Origin: Macrostomum lignano
Taxonomy: Eukaryota
Assembly (NCBI GenBank): GCA_002269645.1
Contig: NIVC01002108.1
Span: 96,242 to 160,241, forward strand
Direction of reading: 5' to 3'
DNA: 64,000 nucleotides
In this document: positions 1 through 12,964 of the stretch, one piece after another
Layout: each line of letters opens with the position of its first letter
Position numbering within the stretch: the first letter of the stretch is position 1
Program-made: the position numbers and the translations under genes
The notes under the pieces: model-generated
Seen by the model: the letters and a program-made list of their open reading frames with translations, nothing else
Databases searched by the model: none
What the model was told of the DNA's origin: nothing

Positions 1-228
1 TAAAAATCGCTTCAAATTTGTCAGACTTAATGAATATAAATTTATATGAGTAAAAGCATATAAAGAAATGTATTTCAAATAAAAAAGCCTCTTGGATTTT
101 TTAAAGTACATTTTTTTATTTTAAGAAGAAAAAATATAGAATTTAATGTTTTATGTCATAGCCCCTAAAAGTGAATAAAATAGTGTAATTTAATTGCAAT
201 AAATTATATCACTACAGCTCCTGCCACA

Positions 229-3200
229 ATGAGCAGATACCCACCCTATGGCGGTGCCACCTCCATTCAATCCCTAAATGAGATGTGGGCCCAGGTGAAG
301 CAGGGCATTGATAGAATCTACAACATGGAGGGCATCTCTAAGCCGCAATACATGAAGATGTACACTGACATCTACAACTACTGCACCTCGGTGGACCCGG
401 CTAGGAACTGCGTCACCCAGCCGTTGGCTAAGAAAGGCAAAGGCGAGGCCAGAGGCGCCAAGGACACGGGCGGCGGCGCCAGATTCGTTGGCGACGAGCT
501 CTACACCAAGCTCAAAGACGATCTCAAAGCTCGGGTTGTCGATCTGAAACGCGGCGCCGATGGCAAAGTCGGCAACGACCTGCTGGAGTATTTCTACACC
601 CACTGGAGCCGCTTCAGAAAGTGCAGCGTCACAGTTGACGGAATTTTCAACTACCTGAACAGGAACTGGGTTAAACGGGAGTGCGACGAGGGCCGCAAAA
701 ATATCTACTTTGTTTATCAACTGGCTCTGAACACCTGGAAGGAGCACTGGCTCAAGCCGCACCAGGCCCAGGTGATTCCTGCTCTCATGTCGGAGATCGA
801 GCGGGAGCGCCGTGGCGAAAATATACTCAAGTCTGCCTATCTCAAGGTGAGCACATTCTATTTCACCCCATTGCCATCCACATTCACTAATCGTCCACCT
901 TATCACGTGCCCCATTCACCGATCTTCCACCACATTCACGAGCCCCATTCACCGATCTCCTACCCCATCACGAGCCCCATTCACCGATCTCCCACTCCAT
1001 CACGACCCCATTCACCGATCTCCCCCCTCACAAGCCCCATTCACCGATCTCCCACCCTATCACGAGCCCCATTCACCGATCTCCCACCCCATCACAAGCC
1101 CCATTCACTGATCTCCCACCCTATCACAAGCCCATTTCACCGATCTCCCACCCTTTCACGAATGCCATTCACCGATCTCCCACCCTATCACTCCCACACC
1201 CATTCACAACACCTATTCCCACCCCCATTCCACACCCATTCTCATACCCGTTCCCACACCCATTCCCATACCCATTCCTAATCAGAAGCCCCATTCACCA
1301 ATCTTTCACCACAGTCACGAGCCCCATTCACCGATCTCCCACCCCATCACAAGCCCCATTCACCGATCTCCCACCCTTTCACGAATCCCATTCACCGATC
1401 TCCCACCCTATCATAAATCCCATTCACCGATCTCCCAACCTATCACGAATCCCATTCACCGATCTCCCACCCTATCACAAGCCCCATTCACAGATCTCCC
1501 ACCTCATGAAAAGCCTCATTCACCGATCTTTCACCTCATCACAAGCCCTATTCACCGATCTTTCACCTCATCACAAGCCGCATTCACCGATCTCCCACCC
1601 CATTACAAGCCCCATTCACTGATATCCCATCTCATCACAAGCCTCATTCACCGATCTGCCACCCCATCACAAGCCCCATTGACCGATCTCCCACCCTATC
1701 ACGAATCCCATTCACCGATCTCCCACCCTATCACAAGCCCCATTCACCGATCTTTCACCTCATCACAAGCCCCATTCACCGATCTTTCACCTCATCACAA
1801 GCCCCATTAACCGATCTTTCACCTCATCACAAGCCCCATTCACCGATCTTCCACCTCATCAAAATCCTCGTGTTCACCTATCTTTCATCCCATCACCAGC
1901 CACTTTCACCGATTAGCCACTCATCGCGAGCCTCATTCACCAACTGCCGCATTCCCCGCCCAGGTCATAATCGACTGCTACGTGGAGCTCGGCTTCGAAA
2001 GCGACGACGGCGGCGCGGCCTCGGCGATGGCGGCCTCCGGCTCGCCCGCCCCCGCTTCCGGGGGCTCCGTCAGCCGCGGCGGCAGCAGCCGGTCGCACGT
2101 TGGCGGTGGCGGCGGCGGCAGCGGCAAAGGCGGCTCGTCAACGGACCGGCTGCACTTCTACGAGGAGATGTTCGAGAGGCAGTTTCTCGACGAAACAGAG
2201 CAGTTCTACAGAGTGGAGAGTCGCGACTTTCTGCAGCAGAACTCCGTCACAGCCTACCTGGCTAAGGCCGAGCGCAGATTAGAGGAGGAGCGCAAGCGAT
2301 GCTCGGACTATGTGCACCGCAGCACGGAGGAGAAACTGCTGGCCAGGTGACACTTTTTAAATTGTCCTTGGCTATGGCGCCTGAGTCAGAGATCTGCTGA
2401 TGTGACTCTTTAGAAATTTAACTTGAAGCCATAGACAATTAATTGCAGTTTATTCTAAACAAAGCAATAGACAGTTGCAGTTTCATCTAGACTTGAAGCC
2501 ATAGACAGTTGCAGTTCATTCTAGACTTGAAGCCATAGACAGTTGCAGTTTAATCTAGACTTGAACCCATAGACAGTTGCAGTTTCATCTAGACTTGAAG
2601 CCATAGACAGTTGCAGTTTCATCTAGACTTGAAGCCATAGACAGTTGTAGTTTAATCTAGACTTGAAGCCATAGACAGTTGCAGTTCAATCTAGACTTGA
2701 AGCCATAGACAGTTGCAGTTTAATCTAGACTTGAAGCCATTTCAAGTAATTATCCTACTTAAAGTAGTATCGCGCTAATTAATTAAACTTTGGAAAACTC
2801 CGTCAGTTTTATTGTCCAACGCCTCTCTTCATCCCAGGTGCATGGAGGCCCTGCTGGCCGCTCACCTGTCCGTGTTCTGGCAGGAATTCCCCGCTCTGTT
2901 GGACGCCGATCGCGAGCAGGACCTCGGCCGGATGTACCGCCTGTGCAGCCACGTGCAGCAGCCGCACCGTGCCGACGCTGCCGGAGGCTCTGACTCGCTG
3001 CCAGTGAACGGGCTGGATCGCCTAGTTGAACTGTTCGAGCAGTACGTTGCTGACCGAGGCCTCGAGGCGGTGAAATCTGTCTCGTCAGCCGTGCTGAGCT
3101 CCGAAGGCCAAGACGCCAAGCTGTACGTGGACACCATCCTGGGGGTGCACCGCAAGTACTACAACCTGGTGCTGCAGGCCTTCAGCAACAATCGCCGCTT

Positions 3201-6200
3201 TGTTGAAGCTCTGGACAAGGCCTGCATGAAATTTATCAACAGAAATGAGCTGACTAAACTGGCAAAGAATAATCAGAAAACTCCCGAGTTGCTGGCCAGG
3301 TATTCCGATGCCCTGCTCAAGAAGGGCTCCAAGGTGAGTCGCCATTGACCCACATCAATTCCATCCGCTGACCCACATCAGTTCCATCCGCTGACCCACA
3401 TCAGTTCCATCCGCTGACCCACATCATTCCATCCGCTGACCCACATCAATTCCATCCCTTGACCCACATCAGTTCCATCCGCTGACCCACATCAATTCCA
3501 TCCGCTGACCCACATCAATTCCATCCGCTGACCCACATCAATTCCATCCGCTGACCCACATCAATTCCATCCGCTGACCCACATCAATTCCATCCGCTGA
3601 CCCACATCAGTTCCATCCGCTGACCCACATCAATTCCATCCGCTGACCCACATCAATTCCATCCGCTGACCCACATCAATTCCATCCGCTGACCCACATC
3701 AATTCCATCCGCTGACCCGCATCACCCATCCGCTGACCCACATCAATTCCATCCGCTGACCCACATCAATTCCATCCGCTGACCCACATCAATTCCATCC
3801 GCTGACCCACATCAATTCCATCCGCTGACCCACATCAATTCCATCCGCTGACCCACATCAATTCCATCCGCTGACCCACATCAATTCCATCCGCTGACCC
3901 ACATCAATTCCATCCGCTGACCCACATCAATTCCATCCGCTGACCCACATCAATTCCATCCGCTGACCCACATCAATTCCATCCGCTGACCCACATCAAT
4001 TCCATCCATTGACCGACATCAATTCCATCCGCTGACCCGCATCACCCATCCGCTGACCCACATCAATTCCATCCGCTGACCCACATCAATTCCATCCGCT
4101 GACCCACATCAATTCCATCCGCTGACCCACATCAATTCCATCCGCTGACCCACATCAATTCCATCCGCTGACCCACATCAATTCCATCCGCTGACCCACA
4201 TCAATTCCATCCGCTGACCCACATCAATTCCATCCGCTGACCCACATCAATTCCATCCGCTGACCCACATCAGTTCCATCCGCTGACCCGCATCACCCAT
4301 CCGCTGACCCACATCAATTCCATCCGCTGACCCACATCAATTCAATTCATTTAACCACATCATCCATCCCTTGTCCCTTGACCCACATCCATTTCACTCA
4401 CCTGCCGAGCCACCTACAATCCAATCTTGATAATAATTCCCGAGATTAATCCTGTCTCCAAGTTCCTCACCAACTCGTCGAATCTTCTTCCCAGGACAAT
4501 GTTGTCGGAGACGAACTGGAGGACACCCTCACCCACGTGATGACGGTGTTCAAGTACATCGAGGACAAGGACGTCTTCCAGAAGTTCTACTCTCGTTTCT
4601 TGTCCCGCCGGCTGGTGTACAACCAGAGTGTGTCCGAGGACGTGGAATCGTCCATGATCTCCAAGCTGAAGGAGAACTGCGGGTTTGACTACACCACCAA
4701 GCTGCAGCGGATGTTCCAGGATATTGGCGCTTCTCGTGAGCTCAACACCCGGTTCCAGGACTTCGTGACCAAGGATGGCGCAGCTCTGGGACTGGACTTT
4801 GAAATCAAAGTGTTGTCAAGCAATGCCTGGCCTATACACATCTCACAGGGCTCGGGTGTCACCATACCTAGCGAGGTGAGCTATCTGGTCGAATCGAATC
4901 TCCCAGATCCTCAGGATCAGAACCCGACTCCTAAGATCGTCAGGAATAGTGCTCAAAGCTTATTGAATATATCCTGAAAATTAGCATCAAACTATTTCAG
5001 ATCCTTTAGATTAGCACTTAAACATCCCAGATTTTTAAGATTAGCGTTGAAACATCCCAGATTCTCAGGATTAGCGTTGAAACATCTCAAATTCTCAGGA
5101 TTAGCGTTGAAACATCCCAGATTCTCGGGATTAGCGTTAAAACATCTCAAATCCTCAGGATTAGCGTTAAAACATCTCAGATATTCATAATTAGCGTTGA
5201 AACATCTCAAATCCCCAGGATTAGCGTTAAAACATCTCAGATCTTCAGAATTAGCGTTGAAACATCTCAAATCCCCAGGACTAGCGTTAAAACATCTCAG
5301 ATCCTCAGGATTAGCGCCTAAACATCCTAGATTCTCGGGATTAGCGCTTAAACATTCCAAATCCTCAGGATTAGCGTTGAAACATCCCAGATCCTCAGGA
5401 TTAGCGCCTAAACATCCAACATCCTAGATTCTCGGGATTAGCGCTTTAACATCCCAGATCCTCAGGATTAGCGCCGAAGCATCCCAGATCCTCTGGATAT
5501 TAGTGCCCAAATCCTCGGGGTTAGCGCCAGCCCAACTAAGTTTGCCTAGCAGCCCAGATTCACCAGATCAACCCGTCACCCGACTTCAGCTGGAGCGGTG
5601 CTACACCACATTCGATCGGTTCTACAAGAAGACTCACGAGGGCCGAAAGTTGCAATACTCTTACAATTACTGTCGGGGCGAGCTGATCACTAACTTCACC
5701 AAGAACCGCTACACCCTGCAGGTGAGGCTGCAGGTCTTGGCTGGCGTGTGGGATTCTTGGTTGAGGTGTGGGATTCTTGGTTGGGGTTGTTGGATTCTTG
5801 GTTGAGGTGTGGGATTCTTGGTTGAGGTGTGGGATTCTTGGTTGAGGTGTGGGATTCTTGGTTGGGTTTTGGAGTTCTTAGTTGGGGTGTGGGATTCTTG
5901 GTTGGCATGTGGGATTCTTGGTTGAGGTGTGGGATTCTTGGTTGGGGTTTGGGGTTCTTAGTTGGGGTGTGGGATTCTTGGTTGGCATGTGGGATTCTTG
6001 GTTGAGGTGTGGGATTCTTGGTTGAGGTGTGGGATTCTTGGTTGAGGTGTGGGATTCTTGGTTGGTTTGTGGGATTTTTGGTTGGGGTGTGGGATTCTTG
6101 GTTGGGGTGTGGGATTCTTGGTTGGGGTGTGGGATTCTTGGTTGGGGTGTGGGATTCTTGGTTGGCATGTGGGATTCTTGGTTGGGGTGTGGGATTTTTG

Positions 6201-9200
6201 GTGCGTGGGATTTTCCTGTGCTATTTTGCGTTGCCAAGCTGACGCCAGGCCGGCTCCCTCCGCCCCCCGCACCCACCCGCAGGTGTCCACCTACCAGATC
6301 GCAGTGCTGATGATGTACAACACGGAGACCAGCTACACGGTGCAGGACATCGCCGCTACGACCAGCATTGAGCCGCAGGTGCTGCAGCAGGTGCTGGCCA
6401 TCTTAGTCAAAGCCAAGCTGCTCACCCTGTCCTCAGCGGAGGCCGCCGCAGACGCCGCGGAGTTGGCCCCCGGCACCCGGCTGGCGCTGAACCAGGACTT
6501 CAAGAACAAGCGGCTGCGCATCAACTTGAACTCGCAGCTGAAGTGCGAGAGCAAGCAGGAGCAGGAGCAGACCAGTCGGCTGGTGGAGGAGGACCGGTCC
6601 TACATGATCCAGGCCTGCCTGGTGCGGGTCATGAAGACTCGCAAGGAGATGAAGCACCAGAAGCTGGTGGCCGAGGTCATCTCGCAGCTCAGCCAGTTCA
6701 AGCCCAGCGTGCAGCAGATTAAGGTATGAGGATTCTTGCTGGCGCGATTTTTTGGTTTGTTAGTAAGTTAGGTAGGTAGTTAGTCTGGCAGTCAGTCAGT
6801 CAGTTAGTCAGTCGGTTAGTCTGGCAGTCAGTCAGTCAGTTAGTCAGTCGGTTAGTCTGGCAGTCAGTCAGTCAGTCAGTCAGTTAGTCTGGCAGTCAGT
6901 CAGTCAGTCAGTCAGTTAGTCTGGCAGTCAGTCAGTCAGTCAGTCAGTCGGTTAGTCTGGCAGTCAGTCAGTCAGTCAGTCAGTCAGTCAGTTAGTCTGG
7001 CAGTCAGTCAGTCAGTCAGTCAGTTAGTCTGGCAGTCAGTCAGTCAGTCAGTCAGTTAGTCTGGCAGTCAGTCAGTCAGTCAGTCAGTCGGTTAGTCTGG
7101 CAGTCAGTCAGTCAGTCAGTCAGTTAGTCTGGCAGTCAGTCAGTCAGTCAGTCAGTCAGTTAGTCTGGCAGTCAGTCAGTCAGTCAGTCGGTTAGTCTGG
7201 CAGTCAGTCAGTCAGTTAGTCAGTCGGTTAGTCTGGCAGTCAGTCAGTCAGTTAGTCAGTCGGTTAGTCTGGCAGTCAGTCAGTCAGTCAGTCAGTCAGT
7301 CAGTTAGTCTGGCAGTCAGTCAGTCAGTCAGTCAGTTAGTCTGGCAGTCAGTCAGTCAGTCAGTCAGTCGGTTAGTCTGGCAGTCAGTCAGTCAGTTAGT
7401 CTGGCAGTCAGTCAGTCAGTCAGTCAGTCAGTTAGTCTGGCAGTCAGTCAGTCAGTCAGTCAGTCGGTTAGTCTGGCAGTCAGTCAGTCAGTCAGTCAGT
7501 CAGTTAGTCTGGCAGTCAGTCAGTCAGTCAGTCAGTTAGTCTGGCAGTCAGTTAGTTAGTCTGGCAGTCAGTCAGTCAGTCAGTCAGTCAGTCAGTCAGT
7601 CAGTCAGTTAGTCTGGCAGTCAGTCAGTCAGTCAGTTAGTCTGGCAGTCAGTCAGTCAGTCAGTCAGTCAGTCAGTCAGTCAGTCAGACAGTCAATCAGT
7701 CAGTCAGTCAGTCAGTCAGTCAGTCAGTCAGTCAGTCAGTCAGTCAGTCAGTCAGTCAGTCAGTCAGTCAGTCAGTCAGACAGTCAGTCAGTCAGTCAGT
7801 CAGTCAGTCAGTCAGTCAGTCAGTCAGTCAGTCAGTCAGTCAGTCAGTCAATCATCAGTCAGTCAGTCAGTCAGGCAGTCAGTCAGTTAGTCAGTCAGTC
7901 AATCAGTCAGGCAGTCAATCAGTCAGGCAGTCAATCAGTCAGTCAGTCAGTCAGTCAGGCAGTCAGTCAGTCAGTCAGTCAGTCAGTCAGGCAGTCAGGC
8001 AGTCAGTCAGTCAGTCAGGCAGTCAGTCAGTCAATCAGTCAGTCAGGCAGTCAGTCAGTCAGGCAGTCAGTCAGTCAGTCAGGCAGTCAGTCAGTCAGTC
8101 AGTCAGTCAGTCAGTCAGTCAGTCAATCAGTCAGTCAGGCAGTCAGGCAGTCAGTCAGTCAGGCAGTCAGTCAGTCAGTCAGTCAGTCAATCAGTCAGTC
8201 AGTCAGTCAGGCAGTCAGTCAGTCAGTCAGTCAGTCAGTCAGTCAGTCAGTCAGTCAGTCAGGCAGTCAGTCAGTCAGTCAGTCAGTCAATCAGTCAGTC
8301 AGTCAGTCAGGCAGTCAGTCAGTCAGTCAGTCAGTCAGTCAGTCAGTCAGTCAGTCAGTCAGTCAGTCAATCAGTCAGTCAGGCAGTCAGGCAGTCAGTC
8401 AGTCAGGCAGTCAGTCAGTCAGTCAGTCAGTCAGTCAGGCAGTCAGTCAGTCAGTCAGTCAGGCAGTCAGTCAGTCAGTCAGGCAGTCAGTCAGTCAGTC
8501 AGTCAGTCAATCAGTCAGTCAGTCAGTCAGGCAGTCAGTCAGTCAGTCAATCAGTCAGTCAGTCAGTCAGTCAGTCAGTCAGGCAGTCAGTCAGTCAATC
8601 AGTCAGTCAGTCAGTCAGTCAGTCAGTCAGTCAGTCAGTCAGTCAGTCAGTCAGTCAGTCAATCAGTCAGTCAGTCAGTCAGTCAGTCAGTCAGTCAGTC
8701 AGTTAGTCTGGCAGTCAGTCAGGCAGTCAGTCAGTCAGTCAGGCAGTCAGTCAGTCAGTCAGTCAGTCAGTCAGTCAGTCAGTCAGTCAGTCAGTCAGTC
8801 AATCAGTCAGTCAGGCAGTCAGTCAGTCAGTCAGTCAGTCAGTCAGTCAGTCAGTCAGTCAGTCAGTCAATCAGTCAGTCAGTCAGTCAGTCAGTCAGTC
8901 AGTCAGTCAGTCAGTCAGTCAATCAGTCAGTCAGTCAATCAGTCAGTCAGTCAGTCAGTCAGTCAGTCAGTCAGTCAGTCAGTCAGTCAGTCAGTCAGTC
9001 AATCAGTCAGTCAGGCAGTCAGTCAGTCAGTCAGTCAGTCAGTCAGTCAGTCAGTCAGTCAGTCAATCAGTCAGTCAGTCAGTCAGTCAGTCAGTCAGTC
9101 AGTCAATCAGTCAGTCAGTCAATCAGTCAGTCAGTCAGTCAGTCAGTCAATCAGTCAGTCAGTCAGTCAATCAGTCAGTCAGGCAGTCAGGCAGTCAGTC

Positions 9201-11891
9201 AGTCAGGCAGTCAGTCAGTCAGTCAATCAGTCAGTCAATCAGTCAGTCAGGCAGTCAGTCAGTCAGGCAGTCAGTCAGTCAGTCAGGCAGTCAGTCAGTC
9301 AGTCAGTCAGTCAGTCAGTCAGTCAGTCAATCAGTCAGTCAGGCAGTCAGGCAGTCAGTCAGTCAGGCAGTCAGTCAGTCAGTCAGTCAGGCAGTCAGTC
9401 AGTCAGTCAGTCAGTCAGTCAGTCAGTCAGTCAGTCAGGCAGTCAGTCAGTCAGTCAGTCAGTCAATCAGTCAGTCAGTCAGGCAGTCAGTCAGTCAGTC
9501 AGTCAGTCAGTCAGTCAGTCAGTCAGTCAATCAGTCAGTCAGTCAGTCAGTCAGTCAGTCAGTCAGTCAATCAGTCAGTCAGTCAATCAGTCAGTCAGTC
9601 AGTCAGTCAGTCAGTCAGTCAGTCAGTCAGTCAGTCAGTCAGTCAATCAGTCAGTCAGTCAGTCAATCAGTCAGTCAGGCAGTCAGGCAGTCAGTCAGTC
9701 AGGCAGTCAGTCAGTCAGTCAATCAGTCAGTCAATCAGTCAGTCAGGCAGTCAGTCAGTCAGGCAGTCAGTCAGTCAGTCAGGCAGTCAGTCAGTCAGTC
9801 AGTCAGTCAGTCAATCAGTCAGTCAGGCAGTCAGGCAGTCAGTCAGTCAGGCAGTCAGTCAGTCAGTCAGGCAGTCAGTCAGTCAGTCAGTCAATCAGTC
9901 AGTCAGTCAGTCAGGCAGTCAGTCAGTCAGTCAGTCAGTCAGTCAGTCAGTCAGGCAGTCAGTCAGTCAGTCAGTCAGTCAATCAGTCAGTCAGTCAGTC
10001 AGGCAGTCAGTCAGTCAGTCAGTCAGTCAGTCAGTCAGTCAGTCAGTCAGTCAGTCAGTCAGTCAGTCAGTCAATCAGTCAGTCAATCAGTCAGTCAGGC
10101 AGTCAGTCAGTCAGGCAGTCAGTCAGTCAGTCAGGCAGTCAGTCAGTCAGTCAGTCAGTCAGTCAGTCAGTCAGTCAATCAGTCAGTCAGGCAGTCAGGC
10201 AGTCAGTCAGTCAGGCAGTCAGTCAGTCAGGCAGTCAGTCAGTCAGTCAGTCAATCAGTCAGTCAGTCAGTCAGGCAGTCAGTCAGTCAGTCAGTCAGTC
10301 AGTCAGTCAGTCAGTCAGGCAGTCAGTCAGTCAGTCAGTCAGTCAATCAGTCAGTCAGTCAGTCAGGCAGTCAGTCAGTCAGTCAGTCAGTCAGTCAGTC
10401 AGTCAGTCAGTCAGTCAGTCAGTCAATCAGTCAGTCAGGCAGTCAGGCAGTCAGTCAGTCAGGCAGTCAGTCAGTCAGTCAGTCAGGCAGTCAGTCAGTC
10501 AGTCAGGCAGTCAGGCAGTCAGTCAGTCAGTCAGGCAGTCAGTCAGTCAGTCAGTCAATCAGTCAGTCAGTCAGTCAGGCAGTCAGTCAGTCAGTCAATC
10601 AGTCAGTCAGTCAGTCAGTCAGTCAGGCAGTCAGTCTGTCAGTCAGTCAGTCAGGCAGTCAGGCAGTCAGTCAGTCAGTCAGGCAGTCAGTCAGTCAGTC
10701 AGTCAATCAGTCAGTCAGTCAGTCAGGCAGTCAGTCAGTCAGTCAGTCAGTCAGTCAGTCAGTCAGGCAGTCAGTCAGTCAGTCAGTCAGTCAATCAGTC
10801 AGTCAGTCAGTCAGGCAGTCAGTCAGTCAGTCAGTCAGTCAGTCAGTCAGTCAGTCAGTCAGTCAGTCAGTCAGTCAGTCAGTCAATCAGTCAGTCAATC
10901 AGTCAGTCAGGCAGTCAGTCAGTCAGGCAGTCAGTCAGTCAGTCAGGCAGTCAGTCAGTCAGTCAGTCAGTCAGTCAGTCAGTCAGTCAATCAGTCAGTC
11001 AGGCAGTCAGGCAGTCAGTCAGTCAGGCAGTCAGTCAGTCAGGCAGTCAGTCAGTCAGTCAGTCAATCAGTCAGTCAGTCAGTCAGGCAGTCAGTCAGTC
11101 AGTCAGTCAGTCAGTCAGTCAGTCAGTCAGGCAGTCAGTCAGTCAGTCAGTCAGTCAATCAGTCAGTCAGTCAGTCAGGCAGTCAGTCAGTCAGTCAGTC
11201 AGTCAGTCAGTCAGTCAGTCAGTCAGTCAGTCAGTCAGTCAATCAGTCAGTCAGGCAGTCAGGCAGTCAGTCAGTCAGGCAGTCAGTCAGTCAGTCAGTC
11301 AGGCAGTCAGTCAGTCAGTCAGGCAGTCAGGCAGTCAGTCAGTCAGTCAGGCAGTCAGTCAGTCAGTCAGTCAATCAGTCAGTCAGTCAGTCAGGCAGTC
11401 AGTCAGTCAGTCAATCAGTCAGTCAGTCAGTCAGTCAGTCAGTCAGGCAGTCAGTCAGTCAGTCAGTCAGTCAGTCAGTCAATCAGTCAGTCAGTCAGTC
11501 AGTCAGTCAGTCAGTCAGTCAGTCAGTCAGTCAGTCAGTCAGTTAGTCTGGCAGTCAGTCAGGCAGTCAGTCAGTCAGTCAGTCAGTCAGTCAGGCAGTC
11601 AGTCAGTCAGTCAGTCAGTCAGTCAGTCAGTCAGTTAGTCTGGCAGTCAGTCAGGCAGTCAGTCAGTCAGTCAGTCAGTCAGTCAGGCAGTCAGTCAGTC
11701 AGTCAGTCAGTCAGTCAGTCAATCAGTCAGTCAGTCAGTCAGTCAGTTTGCTATTAAGTATCTGAAAGACGCTGGCAGTCGAACTGAGACCCGGGGCTTT
11801 GGCGTTGCAGAAGAACATCGACACCCTCATCGAGAAGGAATACCTGCAGAGGAAGTCTGGCGAGCGGGACAAATACGAATACCTGGCCTGA
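229..11891 (+). CDS. CUL1: Cullin-1 (SCF E3 ligase scaffold), 7 exons, 843 aa
   Basis: Exons 229-846, 1964-2346, 2838-3333, 4495-4875, 5590-5721, 6283-6723, 11811-11891, all GT..AG, total 2532 nt in frame. Motifs: YMKMYTDIYNYCTS, FNYLNRNWVKRE, PELLARYSDALLKKG, VFKYIEDKDVFQKFY, neddylation motif IQACLVRVMKTRK and C-terminus IDTLIEKEYLQR...YEYLA*. AATAAA at about 12489. Confidence 0.96.
900..1900 (+). repeat. CUL1 intron 1 minisatellite, about 32-bp unit CATTCACCGATCTCCCACCCTATCACAAGCCC
   Basis: Directly visible degenerate tandem array. Confidence 0.9.
2430..2742 (+). repeat. CUL1 intron 2 minisatellite, about 34-bp unit GAAGCCATAGACAGTTGCAGTTTCATCTAGACTT
   Basis: Visible tandem array of about 9 units. 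Confidence 0.9.
3345..4345 (+). repeat. CUL1 intron 3 minisatellite, 23-bp unit GACCCACATCAATTCCATCCGCT
   Basis: Highly homogeneous array starting about 12 nt after the donor. Confidence 0.95.
4990..5530 (+). repeat. CUL1 intron 4 minisatellite, 30-bp unit GGATTAGCGTTGAAACATCCCAGATCCTCA
   Basis: Period 30 is evident from line registration. Same family as 50350-51125 in inverted orientation. Confidence 0.92.
5745..6210 (+). repeat. CUL1 intron 5 minisatellite, 20-bp unit GTGGGATTCTTGGTTGRGGT
   Basis: Visible tandem array. Confidence 0.92.
6770..11747 (+). repeat. About 5-kb (CAGT)n microsatellite in CUL1 intron 6
   Basis: About 1200 tetramers with CAAT, CAGG and TTAGTCTGG variants. Confidence 0.97.
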
Positions 11892-12964
11892 GGCCCCGGA
11901 GACCCGGCGGTACCAGGCCAGAATTACAGACCCAAATTAATTACAATATTATACATTTTTCCTTGTGTTTAACTGCAAACTGACAGGCCGGAGAGGTGAC
12001 CGAACTAACCAACCCTGTCTCCCGCTGCCTCTCCCCGGCAACCAGCCTGTTAACCTTAGATTTCCCAGCTCTAATGTCTGCATATCCCAATCCCAGCGCC
12101 TGTGTTTGCCAACTCGACTTTCTTCTGTGTTCTTCTATTGTGCGAGCTCCCTTCTTCTGTTGTTGTGTTTTTAACGACCACCAATAGGCAATAGTGAGGC
12201 TGATTCGTTTAAAATTTGATTCGCCAAACCAGCTTTCGCTTTCTACTGTCATTTTCCCTTGTCTAAAATTTCATTCATTTATTTCATTCTTCGTTATGTT
12301 AAAAATTTAACCCCTATAAAAGGAAGTTGGGCTAACTCTAATTTGCATAAATACTACTCATGCTGCTAGATATAGTAGTATGCCTATGAAATATGTCGAA
12401 TATAACTATTGAAGCTGCGCGGACCCTGCTCTGTATAATGAATCAAACCGATTTATCTGTGCGTGCATGCGCTGGTCTATTTAATTTGAATAAACACCTT
12501 TGCACCAAGCTCATTCAGCATTGTATGCTTCTCTTTATTATCTACTATGAGTAGTTTGTGACGAACTAAACTGTGAATGTAAAAACACTGTGAATCTTTC
12601 TTGTAGCGGTACATTTATTATCGTACTGGGTCAACTATTTGTGTTTGTTTGATCTGTAAAAATTGATCACAGTTCTACTGACTACTCTAGAACTGCTTGC
12701 TCGTCTTTTAGCCTCTTTATCGGATAGAAATGTGAATTTATTGTCCGTATCCAACACTGATATCTGAGCAAGTCAGTCTTGTCAGTCCCCTGTTAGCAAA
12801 TATTGCCCTTGAAATTTAATGAAAATGTTTCATTTTATGGCATTAAAGATTATATTTTTGGGTCTACTTATTTTCTAATCGTACTAAAGTACATGTGCAC
12901 TACTCGAGCTAATAAGCTCTCTATTTCGTTACTTTGTACAGTCGCTTTTAAAAGAAATGCAGCC

